DNA of 64,000 bases from positions 85,994,001-86,058,000 of the forward strand of contig OX597824.1 in the NCBI GenBank assembly GCA_951406725.2, written 5' to 3'. The notes under the pieces are model-generated. The model saw nothing but the letters and a program-made list of their open reading frames with translations, was not told where the DNA came from and made no database searches. The position numbers and the translations under genes are program-made. The stretch is from Octopus vulgaris. Its lineage: Eukaryota. Below are positions 26,200 through 39,861 of this stretch, in pieces. The stretch's first letter is position 1; each line of letters begins with the position of its first letter.

Positions 26200-28289
26200 C
26201 ACTAAGCTTTTTGTCCGGTGCGGTAACGATTCTCCCAACTCACCGTCTTGATCTTAATAACATCGACAACAAAATAAACTGATGCAGTACGCCAACAGAA
26301 ATCGAACACTCCCCAACCCCCACAAAAAATAAGGACACGATGCTGTACACACCTCAGGAACACAGAGGTGCACCAGATAGTGCAGTAGAAAGTTGCATGA
26401 AATTACCGAAGAAAAATAATGATAAAATTTCTTTTATGTAAGGGCTGGAAATAAAATTTTCAAAAAAATTCCATGATAGACAGAGTAAGGCTTGGATTTC
26501 CTCCTTCTTTGTCTTCGCATTTAGTAGATAAATGCTGTTATTGTGATTTAACCCCTAACTAGGGCTGCCCAGGTTGGAACAGGATCAATGGCACTTATTG
26601 TGCGTTTAGGGCTACCTTATGCAACGTGTCATTCTCTTTTCGAAACGATAGGGGTAATTTAAAGATTTGGCAGTTATTTTTAGCAGGTTGAGCGACTACG
26701 TAGAGGTCCCTCATGGTTGAAATAAGAAAATATTTATTTGCAAAGCAAGCATTTAGCTCTCCATAGATACGTTACACGAGTCATACTGAAATTGCTTAGC
26801 AACTTAATTCTTGCTTGAAAGAGATACATGTAAGATGAGAGATATGTACGCAAAAAAGAATGGAAGAGATGGTGGGAGACACGAAAACGAAGCGAGAAGG
26901 TGAGAGGGAGGAAATGAGGAGGAATGAGAGAAAGTATGAGGTTGATAATTAGACAGATTTAGAGGAAGATATACTGAGAAGAAGTGGTATAGGTATAAAA
27001 TAGAGTAAAATTATGTAAATAGATAGCTAAAGATTTCAGCAATTTATATGTCGGGAAAGAGAGACGTGGGGAGGCATAAGCGTTGTCAGACATAAACATA
27101 GATAAAATAGGGGAGAAAGAGAGAATGTCGAAAGTGGAGGTTGAAAATGAGGAAGCGATGAGAGCAAAATAGTGTATTTAGACACACGAGTTGTGTGTTC
27201 TGTTAACTCCCGAACTTTCTCCTCCTCTCCTCCCCGTGTGTGTTCCCTCGCTCCACCACTCCTTTGTCTATCGATCACTCTTAATTTACAATTAATTCCC
27301 CCGCTCACTTCGTATCTATTTCTTATGCTTACAGTTTAGGCATCGATCTATTTATCTCACCTCCCTCATCTCTATTTACCTCTCACACTCCTTCCTTTTT
27401 TTTTGTGTGTGTGTTTCCACTTTTACCCAATTTATATTACTTGTCCGTCGCTTATAATCTTTCCTCTTTAGCGTTCGCTCTCTCTCTCTCTCTTTCCATT
27501 CCTCGTTCCTTTTTCTCCATGTACGATTCTTATCCACTCCTGTTCTTCATTCTCTCCTTCTCACGGCGTAGTCTTCGCATTTAGCACTCTCTGCTAATCT
27601 ACCTATCCATCTGTCTATCTATCTATCTGTCTATCTCTTCTGCAGTTTGAACCATACACGCACATTCTGATTGCTGCGTCAAAAAGAACAGCAGTAGCAG
27701 AATTACTTACAGCAGTAGTAGTGATGGTTGTAATTAACAGTGTACAGTCGGTACAACCAGAGTCACTCACCGACTGTACAACACCCCTTCAGATATACAA
27801 CAATGATGGCCACAACACTGCAATCATCGTCTCAAGAAAGCACTGCAACTAGTCAATGCTTTCTTTAGCCAGCAGCTGACCTGACTTGCCAAGACAAGGA
27901 AATACTTTACCGACTTCCTATATATATATATATACATACGTACACAGCCTTTTCTTTGTGAATGTATCCTTGCTTATATTATTAATGTACAATTTGCACT
28001 AACGAAGGAAAGACCACTGTCTACCGGCAAAGGAGGTTACCCACGACGATCCGAACCAGGATGCAAGCTACTTTGGAAAACCAAGCTAAAAGCAACACAA
28101 TAACTAACCGGATTTCACCATTACACCCTCCCGATCTACCTGCGACAATCCTGTCACCAGTCAAACCACAATTTTCATAGTTATTACTAGTACTACTACA
28201 GATAATAACAGCAAAAGGAAGATTTTAACACGAGTCAAGGAGCCTCCCTTTACACAGGCATATATCTTTAGATAAACACAACTAGGCCT

Positions 28290-28325
<36 letters not shown>

Positions 28326-29842
28326 CATACACATTTACAAATGAGTTTTATAAATCTGTATATATAGCCCTGTATATATGCTTTTTCTCTTTTAACTCTG
28401 GGTTTTTGCTGTTATTCATTTCTTCACATATCTACAAATATACTTCTCTCTCTCACTCACTCACTCACACGCGCACACACATTTATATATATATTGTTCA
28501 CTGTTCCCTCACCTTACCTTTCAGTCCCTGTAAAGTGGTTGTTGTCTGGTCTAGTGGACAAGGCAGACAACAGAGGGACAGTCACTGAAAAAAGCAAGGA
28601 CTGTCGTTTTGTCTTTGACACACCATTGCACACACTTGTCACTAAATTAAAACCCCAACACAAAACAACACATACTCTACTAATAAGCTATTCCACGACA
28701 CACCAGAAACAACAAGACCATGACATACTAGCATTTAAATACAACATACCATACTGACATACACACACACACACACATAAACAGCACCGCCACACATTTA
28801 ATACTTGTACCACAATAACATACACAAAAGGCATTAAAGCTCACATATATACACACACGCACACTCTCAGCAACGACAAGACGTTGAAAAAACAAAAAAA
28901 ATGTCGCAAATGTCAACGGCAAATTTAGAAGAAATTCTGCTGAAATTTCTTCAGCATGTCAACGAGTTGGAAATTAAGGACGAGAGGACGTCTATGACTG
29001 GATTCGAACAGGAGTTCAGGGTAAGTACCTCATATATATACTTATATATACAGATCTTGGTTTCTGTTTTAACACTAATTGACATACTCGCTCGCTGCCT
29101 CGCACACCCCTTTACTTATCTCGCAACATTTGTGTTTCTCTAAGCACTTTTTCTTTTTGGTATTTCCCTAACGAGATATGTCTATCTATATTAAGGGTTT
29201 ATGTCACGCGCAATCAGTGAAATATGGCATTAACACACGCCTATATATGCATATATATAGGCATTAATACACGCCTATGTACATACATACACATATATAT
29301 ATAATATAATATACAAGCGCGCGCACATATGCGCACTCTTGGTGGTCCTCATTCAAAAGTTTATATCTATTACTGTTCATTCACATCCACACAAACAATG
29401 TACGTGTATTTAATTTGTCATACAGGTTCTCGCACACGTAGACACTTTTCGTTTGATTGTTAATTAGCATATACAGAAATTGTAATTGTATATACATTTA
29501 CAGCATGAACACAACAGTTCTGTAGCGTATATAGACAGCTAGGTAATTTATGTAAAGTATATATATATATATATACATCCGCTCGTTCATGTGTGTGTAT
29601 TCACCGTTTATTCTAAAAACACAAATTTTCTATACTTAATTCTTTAAAAATATATGAATGTCACTTTGAAAATTATTTGGTTTCATGATTTTAATTAAAG
29701 TCTTTATAGTAATATACGGGCACATAGTCATATGTGTAACACTCTTTCTCTCTCTTTATCTGTCTATCTATCTATCTATATACACACGCACACACACATT
29801 GTTGCACTCCACAAATACTTCCATGGACGAATACAAACATTT

Positions 29843-29875
<33 letters not shown>

Positions 29876-29899
29876 GCACTCTGTACAACAGACACACAC

Positions 29900-29937
<38 letters not shown>

Positions 29938-32900
29938 TGTGTGTGTGTGTGTGTGTGTGTGTACATGCTATACAAAAAGTGTATACGCATGTCTAGGTGT
30001 GTAGGTATTTTTGGATAGTGTGTAGAGTGTTTATATGCGTCTATAGGAAGTCTTCGTATGGCGTGTAGCAATTCGTGCAGTCGTGAATGAATGGTGATAT
30101 AGCTGTAAAAAAGAAAAACGAATGTGGCATTGTGTATTCGAACACGCTTATATAATTGAACAACAGCACGTTGTGTACCACGCATGTAGGCTTTGCACCA
30201 TACTTCCACATCCGTGGCCATACAAAAACACAGCCACCCTTTTGTGTCACCCTGTCTATTGAAATCATGCATTTCGCGAAACCTAATCAAGGATGTACGA
30301 TGCGACATCCTACATATATATGTAGATACTTATTTGTGTTCACAGTTTTATGTATAAATAAAATCCCACAGCACATAATCACGAAGGAAAAAATGTATTT
30401 CCTGAAACAAAACACGGAAAGGGACAATACAATACATCATACATCCGTGTAACTTTCACATTAGTTCTAATCATATGCGCATAGAATCACACCTAAAGAT
30501 TCCCTCTCTCTTTCTCCATTACCCCGCAAATATACACTCACTGCAGTGTACACCCGTATTTGTTATATTAACCAAATTCTCCTCCAGCCACTCAAACGGT
30601 CACTATTTCTAATTCCTTTCTTTCTCACCCGTCAAGTCTTCTCTTATTCCCATTGCCACCCCACTTTCATGCGATCGCTAAATGTCACACGCTCAGCCTG
30701 TTACAAGTCGGCATTTTACGGCTGATTAGGGGTCAGCTGAGAAACCAAGTGTAGTGTGAGTAGTAGTAGGGCTGACGTACATAATATAGTGGCGATTGCT
30801 GTAAAGGTTTATGAATGCACAGTAGTATTTATAGAGTTGCTGGGCTTGTCTGGCGTACGCTGTGTAACGCATAGACTGTTGAGCTTCAGGTCAGCTCTGA
30901 TCGAATAGACTTATGATCAGAAACATTCCAACTGTGACCATCTCGTCTTTTTTTTTTTATATATATATATATATGCAGCCAACACGAGATTACACTATTA
31001 TCCAGTGTGTCGTTTTCGTTTCTAAGACGATTGGGTGCGATTTGAAGATTTGGCTGCTACTTCTAGCATGTCAAACGATCACATAGAAACTTCCTTGTTA
31101 GTGCAGAGTTATAATAATGGTTTGTAAAAACGGTGCAGTGTATGCAAGGCTGTGTTGTTTAATGTAAAACTTGCAATGCCGTGCTGAATTGCTATTTAAC
31201 AAGTCAGCTTTGAACAAGCAGACTTTATGCCTCAAGATATTCACACCGTGACCATCCGCCTGTTTAAAGTCTTAATTCCGCCGAGGTCGACTTTGCCTTT
31301 CATCCCTTCGGGGTCTATGTAATCGACTTAATCCCTTTGTCTGTCCTTGTTTGTCCCCTCTTTGTTCAGCCCCTTGTGGGCAGCAAAGAAATATATCTCA
31401 TCTGACAAGTCCTTTCTTTATTTTAAAATGACAGGAAGTGGGTTAGTGGAGAGTTTACTGCTATTTCTAGCAGTTCGAGCGACTGTGTAGACTCCTCTCA
31501 GTGGCGTATACTTGTGTTGTACAGCTTGGTTTAAGGTTGATATGCATGTGCTAGCGTGGTTGTGTAAGTGTAGAATTCTCATGTGTAGAGTTACAGACAT
31601 CTGTGACATGGATAGAGTTGCAGGGTGACATGTATAGAGTTGCACATACATAAAAAAAAACCAAGCTTCATTTTATGTATGGAAAATAAAAATACACATG
31701 ATCTCTATGAACATGTATACACAATTCTTCGTACGTACATATACATCACTGGCATTTTACGTATATACACGCACCCTCACAAGCCAACGAGCATTTAACA
31801 CACTCTTCGACATATGCCAAATATCCAAATGCGTAGATATGCATTCTGAAATGCATGTGCACAAGTTAGATATTAGACAAAAAAGTGTGGACTCTCTCAG
31901 GCGCGCACACATACGTAAACACATATATATATTATATAGTGAGCTTCCGCATCGTCTCAGCTCACATGACGACGCTGTCTGAGAAAAAGCCGGACCAAAA
32001 TATTGATTTCTTTTGCTTGCCCTCTCTCCACACTCTCTATGTCCTTGCCAGAATCATAGGTTATTTAATTTCTCCAATTCACACCCCTGTCCATCTTGTA
32101 TTCTTCTTTCCCCTCTTCGCCATCATTATTCTTATTATTTACAGAGCAAAAATATTCGGACATCTCTATTGGCGTGCATCGTTATCATGTCTCCTCTCTT
32201 CCCCCTTGGGTTTACTTAATTCCTGATAATTTAGACGCATCCTTGTATTGACGTCTTCGTCGTCATTACTATCGCAATATCAATTAAGATTTTCCACCAT
32301 GTTGTATAATGATTTCTTACATTTGGCACACTGCCACACATTTGGAGAAACGAGATCTGCTTGATTGAACTGAACACACATCATTGTTGCCTTTCGATCT
32401 CGTTGCAGAGAGTTGTACAGCGAAGTCGGCCACGACAGGATTTGAACTCGAAACGTAGAGAGATAAACATGTATTTAGTCCGACACTGCCGTTTCTGCTT
32501 CTCAAAAATCAACTGCGTATAGATTTGTTGTCATTACAGGCACATGCACTTTTAGTCTACATTATCTTCTCTTTCACTCACGAACCATCCTCACGTTTTT
32601 CATTCATCCTCTTTCAATAGCTTCACATCTTTTCCTTCTCCTTCTCTATCTCTCTTCCCCGTTTTTCTCTGACTCTGCGACACAACTTCTAGACTTCTAC
32701 CTACCTACATACTCTTCCTACAAGTTGCATTTTCCACAAACATCTTCTTACTCTACAACAGCGAGTCACACTCACCCTATCATTGTATCACATCTTACAT
32801 TTTTCAAGGAAGACACTCATATTTATTCTCCCTTCATTGTCTTTCCTCTCTCTCTCTCTCTCTCCTGCACCTCGTCGCCTGTTTATCGGTATCTCTGTTT

Positions 32901-33400
32901 CACTATTAAACCTCGCTGTTTCTCTTCCTATCAACCTACTGTCAATATCCTCCATCTTCTTCCTCACCCCTGCAACGATCGTGTGATGAAAATAACCCTC
33001 TGCGTTCATTCGAAAATAAACCCCACTGCCTCTGTTCATCAAAAACTATTTAAACGATTAGCTTTCTATTTCTGTCATCACTTCCTGTCTTCCTATCAAC
33101 AACAACAGCTATTACGGTTTACACCAACAACTATGCATCGACCACAGCAGCATGAACCACAGTACATACCACAGCATGGCATGACTATTAGTCAGGTGTT
33201 TAGCAGCATCGATGCGAAGAGGTCCAGAATCTTCCCAATGCCAGTTCTCTTTTAACTGTGAAGAGGTGCATTCGAATAACTTGGCGTAATCTGAGCAACA
33301 GCTGAGATAGGATAGAGAAATCTTCCACATTCCCTACTTGGATATGGGTCCCAATTTATTGACGACATTCTACTCAGAAGTTTGGCAAATTGGATTGTCA
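26200..33400. promoter_or_regulatory. CpG-retaining, repeat-poor block around the PTPN start (probable unmethylated promoter/5' region)
   Basis: CpG is visibly frequent here and scarce in flanking non-repeat sequence such as 36.3-38.7 kb; few intact SINEs; contains the ATG exon. Judged by eye, boundaries approximate. Confidence 0.55.
28901..29020 (+). CDS. PTPN12: First coding exon of a non-receptor protein tyrosine phosphatase, PTPN12/PTPN18/PTPN22 (PTP-PEST) family
   Basis: ATG after an A-rich leader. 40 codons MSQMSTANLEEILLKFLQHVNELEIKDERTSMTGFEQEFR end at a strong phase-0 donor (AGG|gtaagt, 29021). Resembles, from memory, the N-termini of PTPN12 (EILRKFIQRV...FARDFM) and PTPN22 (EILQKFL...FANEFL). 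No downstream KNRY-containing exon was found in the window; the paralog label is provisional. Confidence 0.78.
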
Positions 33401-33590
33401 CTTCCACAGATCTCTCCCTCTGTGTGTGTGTGTAAATATTACTGTCATCTTCAATTTTTTTTTTGGCTTTTCCATGCTGGCATGGGTTGAATAAGACTTT
33501 CTGAGACAGAGCTTTTATAGTTGGATTCCCTTCCAGGGGCCACCCCTATAGTCACCTTTTGGCACTCACCAATTATAAAACTGGGATACA

Positions 33591-33628
<38 letters not shown>

Positions 33629-33701
33629 CAACACTTGTGTATACCTTCCACTTTCCCTATTCAAAGTTTTATCGACTTTGAGGTTCACCATTCCAAAAGA
33701 G

Positions 33702-33734
<33 letters not shown>

Positions 33735-33844
33735 CAAAATAAGTGTGGAATAGATTTCTTTCAATATATATTCCTCCGTTTTCTTATTTTGTATCATAAT
33801 TTGATATACCTACCCATATATACAATAAATGAATTAATTGCATT

Positions 33845-33897
<53 letters not shown>

Positions 33898-34473
33898 CAT
33901 GTAAGTGCAGGTGTGGCTGTGTGGTAAGAGGTCTGCTTCTCAACCACATGGTTCTGGGTTCAGTACCACTGTGTGGCACCTTGGGCAAATGTCTTCTATA
34001 GCCTCAGACATTATAGCTTCAGGCCAATCAAAACCTTGTGAGTGGATTTGGTTGGTGGAAACTAAAAGAAGCCTGTCGTATATGTATGTATATATCAATA
34101 TATATATATATATACACAGGGACGTAAACACACCAACAGCGGTTGCCAAGTGACGATGGGGGAACAAAGACAAGACACATCTGTACATATATGTGTCATC
34201 ATCATCATCGAAAGCAGATGTTAAACGATGATGATGATGATGATGACACATATATGTACAGATGTGTCTTGTCTTTGTTCCCCCATTGTCACTTGACAAC
34301 CGCTGTTGGTGTGTTTACGTCCCTGTAACTTGGCAGTTTGGCAAAGAGATCGATAGAATAAGTACTAGGACTTAAAAATAAGTCCTGGGGTCAAATTGTT
34401 CAACAAAAACACTTCAACACTCCTGCACGGCCACAATCAAATGACTGAAACAAATAAAAAAAGGATGTGTGTG

Positions 34474-34525
<52 letters not shown>

Positions 34526-34541
34526 ATCAGCCACTCCTGCG

Positions 34542-34585
<44 letters not shown>

Positions 34586-34749
34586 CTTTACTACCCACAT
34601 GGGCTAAACGCAGACGGGACAAACGAGGACTGACAAACGGAAAGTCTTACATCGAGGCCCAGTGCAACTATATAATATATATATACACACAAGGCACAAG
34701 TCACACACACGGATATATATAATCAGCCACGTAACGGCAGACGATACGG

Positions 34750-34784
<35 letters not shown>

Positions 34785-35528
34785 CGCAGGAAGTGGGTGT
34801 GTGGTAAGTAGCTTGCTTATCAACCACATGGTTCTGGGGTCAGTTCCACTGTGTGGCATCTTGGGCAAGTGTCTTATAATATAGCCTTGTGCCGACCAAA
34901 GCCTTGTGAGTGGATTTGGTAGACGGAAACTGAAAGAAGCCTGTCATATATATGTATATATATATATGTGTGTGTGTGTCTGTGTTGTCCCCACAACATC
35001 GCTTGACAACTGATGCTGGTGTGTTTACGTCCCCGTAACTTAGCGGTTCGGCAAAAGAGACCGATAGAATAAGTACTAGGCTTACAAAGAATAAGTCCCG
35101 GGGTTGATTTGCTTGACTAAAGGCAGTGCTCCAGCATGGTCACAGTCAAATGACTGAAACAAGTAAAAGAATAAAAGAATATATATATAGTTAGTGTGTG
35201 TGGTGATTTTAATCTTCCTATCAGCAAAAGCCATATAGCAATAAGAGGAAGGGCTGTAATCAATGGCAACAAGAATTGGACAATAGCAATATATTGATGA
35301 AAACAATTGCAGTGTGGTAGATGTTTGTAAGCCATTTAAGAACACACCAGAACTGTTAGTTTCACATTAACATTGAAATTTAATGGTTTATATTTATATG
35401 GGAGATGAAGAGGTGAGTTTATTAAAAAGGGAAGTGTGTACATGTGTATGAAGAGAGGAAAAGGCCATCATCTTAAACATCCTCTGTAGAGTTATCTGTA
35501 TGAAACATAAGTATAGTCCATTATCCAT

Positions 35529-36037
35529 TTAACCCTTGTGATACCAACCTACCTGAAACTGCCTCTGGCTCTGTAGTACGAATGTCTTGTTTTTCAAAAG
35601 TTCTGAATTAAAATCTTCCACCAAACCTTAGTCACAATTTATGTTCCTTAACTCTAGCTTAATGTTAAATAAGTTATTTTACTAAATTCTTTGTTATATT
35701 TAAAGTAATTGAAAGAAACACAAAGCATCTCAACAGAAATATAGGAACAAAGGGGTTAAAAGCACCGATGCTGGTGCCATGTAGAAAGCACTAGCGATGA
35801 GGTCACATTAATCCTTTTGATACCAACCCACCTGAAACTAGCTCTGGCTCTGTAGTACAAATGTTTTGTTTTCATAAGTTTTGAATTAAAATCTACCACC
35901 AAACCTTAGTCACAATTTATGTCCATAACACTAGCTTAATGATAACTAAGTTATTTGACTAAATTCTTTGTTATATTTTAAATTATTTGAAAGAGACACA
36001 AAGCATCTCAACAGAAATATGGTAAAGAAAGGGTTAA
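35529..36037. mobile_element. Tandem dimer of TTAA (piggyBac-type) MITEs with a 48-bp spacer
   Basis: Two ~230-bp units, each bounded by TTAA and cc...ggg termini (35529-35759, 35808-36037). Confidence 0.85.
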
Positions 36038-36060
36038 GATGTGTTTTCTCTGACTCTTGT

Positions 36061-36289
36061 TTAACCCTTTCGTTACTGTATTTATTTTGAGATGCTCTGT
36101 GTTTCTTTCAATTAATTTTAAATATAACAAAGAATTTAGTAAAATAACTTAGTTATCATTAAACTAGTGTTAGGAACATAAATTGTGACAAAGGTTTGGT
36201 GGAAGATTTTAATTCAAAACTTACGAAAACAAGACATTTGTACTCAGAGCTAGAGTCGGTTTCAGCCGGGTTGGTAACGAAAGGGTTAA
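36061..36289. mobile_element. TTAA piggyBac-type MITE, inverted relative to its neighbour
   Basis: TTAA|ccctttcgttac ... gtaacgaaaggg|TTAA, perfect 12-bp TIR. Confidence 0.9.
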
Positions 36290-37113
36290 ACTCAAATCCT
36301 GGTCAAACAGCCTATGGTCAAAAAGATTCCAACTATGAAAATCCTTTTGTCCTTTTAGACATAGTGTATCTAGGACTGCATTATACAGTTTTTAATTTAA
36401 GACAGTATGGCCCTGACACATACTTGAAGATACTCTCCATCAAATCTTTTCTGTTTATCTCTTCCAACAAGAGTAGCTATGAACCTCCTTGATTAAATCT
36501 GCTAGACACACTAAACCCAGTGAAGACCATTTCCTTTGAGGGAACCAGTCTATTCTGAGCTGGTATAAATGCCTCCATTTTATTTACTAATGCAAGATTA
36601 CAAGCCTTTGGAACACTTATCAGTCTTATTCCTCTGCTTATAGGGAACTGTTGAAAAACTGTATGAAGCTAGTAAAACTACAGGACTAAACTCTGAGTTC
36701 ATATCTGATAATGCATTAGCCTGGCAAACAATAGTCAGTCATTTGAGCTATGGTTTCTTGATGTTGATACTAATCTTACTTATCATACTAGTTCCTGCTA
36801 TGAGCAGTGACTAAGTGTTTTGTTGGTGAGTGAGAAAAGAGCATTTTATGTGCCCTAGTATATTGGTTTGTTGGGAACCAATACCAGGTTCACTGGGAAT
36901 GTGGCTTGTGGTAAGCTATTATTTCAGCCACCTTAATTTACCACAGACTTCACATTATGAAACCAGAGTTGAGGACATATCTTTTTTCACATGATGCAAC
37001 TCAAAGCACTGGATTATATTCCTGGCATATAATATATATATAAAATGGAGTTATTGAGATTACAGATGTTTTTGTTCACCCTCATTGCATAAAACTCAAT
37101 TCTTCAGACAGCT

Positions 37114-37342
37114 TTAATCCTTTAGCATTTAAACTGGCCATATCCAGCCAGAAGTATTCTGCCTGTTTTATGTTCAAACTGGTCAGATCTGGTCTCTCAC
37201 AGCAACCCTACAATATCGTTTTAAAATTTAACAGTTACCTCATCAAAATCTCATAGCTCCAAGATAACGCATGATTAGTTCAAAACAATGTGGATAAAAA
37301 AGCATTAATTTTGGCAGAATAATGTGAACAGTAAAGGGTTAA
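37114..37342. mobile_element. Second family of TTAA MITE (related copies 42050-42265, 45796-46005)
   Basis: TTAA-tcctttagca ... taaaggg-TTAA with an interior different from the first family. Confidence 0.75.
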
Positions 37343-37417
37343 TCTTCCTTGGTTGGTTGAAGAATCATCTAATCAGTATTTTGACTGTCATTCTCAATTT
37401 GAAAGAATATCGTTACC

Positions 37418-37652
37418 TTAACCCTTTCATTACCAACCCGGCTGAAACCAGCTCTGGCTTGGTTGTACAAATGCCTTATCTTCATAAGTTTTGAATTAAA
37501 ATCTTCCACCAAACCTTGGTCACAATTTATGTTCCTAACAAAATAGTTTATTTAATGATAACTAAGTTATTCTACTAAATTCTTTGTTATATTTCAAATA
37601 ATTGAAAGAAACAAAGAATATCTCAAAATAAATACAGTAACGAAAGGGTTAA
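37418..37652. mobile_element. TTAA piggyBac-type MITE
   Basis: TTAA-ccctttcattac ... gtaacgaaaggg-TTAA. Confidence 0.88.
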
Positions 37653-39825
37653 TATTTAGGAGTTCATTATGTATTACCTATTTTGATTAGTCCAAAGTCA
37701 ATTAACTTTGAAACCCTGATTAAGCAGACCTATAATCAAAGATGTTCCAGCTGTGACAAAGCATCTTTGAGATCTGTTTTTTTTGTTTTTTGCCTATTTC
37801 AAGCAGAGAGTTGGTGGCCACAATTACTTGAGTCAAAATTGGTTGTCTACTCAGTTTGGGAAACTGGGTGGCATGTGTGTGTGTGTGTGGTTTTGTTTAG
37901 CATAGAAATGATGTTTTACACTAATTACTTTGTGAACTTCAAATATCTTGGATCAACAGCAAGGAATCTAAGATGACTTGAGCTAGCAAATTGCTGCAGT
38001 CATCATCTACTATCACATTTGTTGGAGAGAAGTTCTTAATACTTGCCAAAAGTTCCACTCTGTGTCTCCAGAGGGACTGCACAGAGATGACTTAAATGAC
38101 TCAGATTGAGTCTGGGAGTGTCCAGTATTATACCTAAGTATGGTGTATCTTCAATTCATCATCATAATCATTTAACATCCACTTTTCCATGCTTGCATGG
38201 GTCAGACAGAATTTATTGAGGCAGAATTTCTATGCTTCTTTACCTCTTTTGTCATCAACCTTCGCTTGTTTTCAAGCAAGTTAATATTTTCCCATCGCTT
38301 AGCATATTTTTCATGGAAGACTGGAAATGAACAACCTCACTTATATGATGATGATGATGATGATGCTCATTTATAAACCATTCCACAATGTCTAGACAAT
38401 GATACATATCTAATATGGTGTCTTGCCTATATAAAAAAAAGTAAGGTATGATTTGAGAGATTTGGTTGCTGTTTCTAGCAATTCAAGCAACTGCATAAAG
38501 GAGTCCTGATTAGCTTAAAAGTCTCTTGTCAGTTCTAATACCAACTTCCCTTCCTCTCCGTCTCTCCACCATTGGCTTAGTGAGATTTCTTTCCCCGTAG
38601 TCAAGGTAGTGACATCAGGCTCACAGACTAGCTCCCTAGTATGATGTTATGGTTGAGGGCTCATGAAGGAAGGGCGGTTTTTTTTTTTATGTTATAGCCT
38701 AGTTCTAACCATTTTAGGTGTTTGACACTGCAGAAGGTATATGGCTCAGTAGTTAGAGCATCAGGCTCATAATCATGAGGTAGTGAGTTCGATTCCTGGA
38801 CCAGGCTGTTTTGTATTCTTGAGCAAAACACTTCATTTCATGTTGCTCCAATTCACTCAGCTGTTGAAACAAGTTGCAATGTCACTGGTGCCAAGCTGTA
38901 TCAACCTTTGCTTTTCCCTTCGACAACATCTGTGGCATGGAGAGAGGAAGCTGGTATGCATCAGTGACAGCTAATCTTCATCAAACATCCTTGCCCAGAC
39001 TTGTGCCCTGGAGGGGAACTTTTTAGGTGCAATTTTATGATCATTTATGGCCAAAAGATGACTTTACCCTTTTCTTTACTGCAAGATTGGACTTCAGATG
39101 GAATATATAGGATATGTATATAGTTAATTACTTATATGTATGTGTGGTTGGCATTAGGAAGGGCATCCAACTATAGAAACTCTGCCAGATCAAGATTGGA
39201 GCCTGGTGCAGCCATCTGGTTTGCCAGTCCTCAGTCAAAACCATCCAACCCATGCTAGCATGGAAAGCGGACGTTAAACGATGATGATGATGATAGCTGT
39301 ATATGTATGTGTCTATATATGTGTATGCATGTGTGTATATGTGTATGCATGTGTGTATATGTGTGCAGGTGTGGCCGTGTGGTTAAGACACTTGCTTCCA
39401 AACCACATGCTTTCAGGCTCAGTCCCACTGCATGGCACCTTGGGCAAGTGTCTGCTACTATAACTCTTGAGTAAACCAAAGCCTTCTGAGAGGATTTGGT
39501 AGATGGAAACTAAAAGCTCATCATATTGTGTGTGTGTGTGTGTGTGTCCTTGTCTTGACTTGTTTGGTAGTTATGAATATCATTTATTTCCAATGTTCTG
39601 CAAAAACATGTCTGGCCATGGGGAAATATTTACTTTGTTTTGAACAGATGAAGGTTGGCAACAGGAAGGGCATCCAGTCATAGAAAATCTACCTCAATAA
39701 AATTCTGTCTAACCCATGCAAGCATGGAAAAGTGGGTGATATTGATATATATTGGCAATATATAATCATGATGTAAAATTATTGGTAGTTATTGAACCTC
39801 TCTCTCTCTCACATACACACACACG

Positions 39826-39861
<36 letters not shown>

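Noticed and set aside
34520-34760. Scrambled mix of SINE A and SINE C fragments among TA repeats
   Set aside because: Looks like low-quality consensus or misassembly; not interpretable without reads.
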